This document shows positions 62,557-64,000 of a DNA stretch of 64,000 nucleotides, piece by piece. Under the pieces are notes generated by a model. The model made no database searches. It was given only the letters and a program-made list of their open reading frames with translations, and was not told the origin of the DNA. The translations under genes and the position numbers were made by a program. Source of the DNA: an uncultured Bacteroidota bacterium (GTDB lineage Bacteria; Bacteroidota; Bacteroidia; Flavobacteriales; Flavobacteriaceae). Location: NCBI GenBank assembly GCA_902597545.1, contig CACJYD010000005.1, positions 5,420 through 69,419 on the forward strand, written 5' to 3'. The first letter of the stretch is position 1; each line of letters opens with the position of its first letter.

Positions 62557-64000
62557 ATGAATTTAAAAAATAATCTATTATCGCTTCTTAATAAACATTT
62601 TGGTTACTCAGAATTTCGTGAGAATCAATTTGACATTATAAACTCAATTGTAGATAAAAAAAATACATTAGTTATAATGCCAACTGGTGGTGGTAAATCC
62701 TTATGTTATCAATTATCAGCTATTGCTTCACAAGGAACCGCAATCATCATTTCACCACTAATTGCTTTAATGAAAAATCAGGTTGATGTTTTGAGAGGTC
62801 TCTTTGAGGAAGACGGTGTTGCTAATGTGCTAAATTCAACACTTAACAACTCTGAAATTAATTTAGTAAAAGAACAAATAGAAAAAGGTATAACTAAGCT
62901 TCTTTACATGGCTCCTGAGTCTTTAACTAAGCAAAAGAATATCGATTTTTTAAAAAAGCAAAATATATCGTTTGTTGCCGTTGACGAAGCGCATTGCATA
63001 TCCGAGTGGGGGCATGATTTTAGACCAGATTACAGAAAAATAAATGAATCTATCAAACAAATAGATTCAAATTTAAAGATGATAGCATTAACGGCAACTG
63101 CTACGCCGAAAGTGCAAGATGACATTATTAAAAATCTTTCAATGTCAAATGCTAGTGTATTCAAGTCATCATTTAATAGGCCTAATCTTTTTTATGAGGT
63201 CAAAAATAAAACAGATAAAATTGAAAGAGATATTGTTTCTTTTATTAAAAAAAATGCCGGTAAATCAGGAATTATTTATTGTTTGTCAAGAAAAAAGGTT
63301 GATGAATTTGCTCATCTTTTACAAATTAATGATATCAAAGCATTGCCTTATCATGCAGGCCTTGAACCAAAAATAAGATCAACTAATCAGGAACATTTCC
63401 TAATGCAAAGGTGTGATGTTATTGTAGCAACAATTGCATTTGGAATGGGTATTGACAAGCCAGATATTAGATATGTAATACATCACGATATTCCTAAGTC
63501 ACTAGAATCTTATTACCAAGAGACTGGAAGGGCTGGTCGTGATGGTGGTGAAGGTCATTGTTTAGCTTTTTATTCTTATGATGATATTGAAAAGTTAGAG
63601 AAGTTTCTTTCATCAAAACCTGTTGCAGAAAAGGAAAAGGGTTTAGCTTTATTAGAGGACGTTGCATCTTATGCTGAAACATCCTCGAATAGGAGAAAGA
63701 TTTTACTTAATTATTTCGGAGAATCGTTTGACGAATTAAATGGTGAAGGATGTAAAATGGATGATAATTCTGTTAATCCAAAAGAAAAAATTGAGGTTAA
63801 AGACCAAGCTATAATAATATTAAACGAAATATTAAATAATAAAGAATCAAAAAAAATAAAGGAACTGACAAAGGTTATTTCTAATATTGGCTATAAATTT
63901 CCATTAATTGACGACAAGGAGAAAAATGAAAATAATAATCGATATGAATTGATTTTTTGGAAATCTTTAATTAGAAATTTAATGGTTAATGGTTTTTTAT
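62557..64000 (+). CDS. recQ: ATP-dependent DNA helicase RecQ, N-terminal ~481 codons (3' end outside the window)
   Basis: It is absent from the ORF track because no stop occurs before the window end. The ATG at 62557 gives MNLKNNLLSLLNKHFGYSEFRENQ. Also MPTGGGKSLCYQL, DEAHCISEWGHDFRPDY and YYQETGRAGRDG. Confidence 0.93.
   Translation, partial: MNLKNNLLSLLNKHFGYSEFRENQFDIINSIVDKKNTLVIMPTGGGKSLCYQLSAIASQGTAIIISPLIALMKNQVDVLRGLFEEDGVANVLNSTLNNSEINLVKEQIEKGITKLLYMAPESLTKQKNIDFLKKQNISFVAVDEAHCISEWGHDFRPDYRKINESIKQIDSNLKMIALTATATPKVQDDIIKNLSMSNASVFKSSFNRPNLFYEVKNKTDKIERDIVSFIKKNAGKSGIIYCLSRKKVDEFAHLLQINDIKALPYHAGLEPKIRSTNQEHFLMQRCDVIVATIAFGMGIDKPDIRYVIHHDIPKSLESYYQETGRAGRDGGEGHCLAFYSYDDIEKLEKFLSSKPVAEKEKGLALLEDVASYAETSSNRRKILLNYFGESFDELNGEGCKMDDNSVNPKEKIEVKDQAIIILNEILNNKESKKIKELTKVISNIGYKFPLIDDKEKNENNNRYELIFWKSLIRNLMVNGFL

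Noticed and set aside
1-64000. CRISPR arrays, insertion sequences, integrases, prophage or toxin-antitoxin/defence genes.
   Set aside because: I saw no regularly spaced direct repeats, no transposase/integrase/recombinase-like ORFs, and no nuclease-, methylase- or ATPase-type defence signatures. The only helicase is a canonical RecQ.

Overview
The window is a very AT-rich, tightly packed bacterial chromosome segment, about 30% GC by eye (not counted). It carries about 60 genes, with many 1-20 nt gaps and 4-17 nt overlaps. I assign it to a streamlined, probably marine, member of Flavobacteriia (Bacteroidota). The grounds are TAnnTTTG-type -7 boxes upstream of several genes, a fused CcsB-CcsA cytochrome c biogenesis protein, a 1120-aa SecA, a type II glutamine synthetase, many lipobox lipoproteins, and frequent TTG/GTG starts. 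I cannot name a species.

Most of the window is housekeeping: guaB, a SurA-like PPIase, ccsBA, purM, prfA, pyrF, amt, crcB, ilvE, grpE-dnaJ, secA, lnt, pssA, lptB, tatC, kdsD and recQ. There is one tRNA-Arg(ACG). I saw no rRNA, CRISPR array, transposase, integrase or phage genes.

Two accessory-looking blocks stand out:
- **Exported small-protein operon (17408-22376):** an eight-gene operon that encodes only exported small alpha+beta-barrel proteins. It has two secreted proteins, one NTF2-ABM fusion lipoprotein and five tandem NTF2/SnoaL-like lipoprotein paralogs. It sits next to a TonB-dependent receptor and acyl-CoA metabolism genes.
- **Exported beta-propeller operon (26329-31619):** a three-gene operon of exported beta-propeller proteins directly downstream of the tRNA-Arg. 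It has two Big_2 + LVIVD-repeat paralogs and a YVTN-type propeller. The YVTN protein carries a tandem-repeat methionine-rich insert.

Smaller oddities are a stand-alone N-terminal domain of a CurA/PTGR1-type reductase, an NtrC-like activator with no DNA-binding domain, a signal-peptide-bearing MsrA, and a Cys-rich 77-aa ORF.

All family assignments come from motifs read by eye. No database search was possible.
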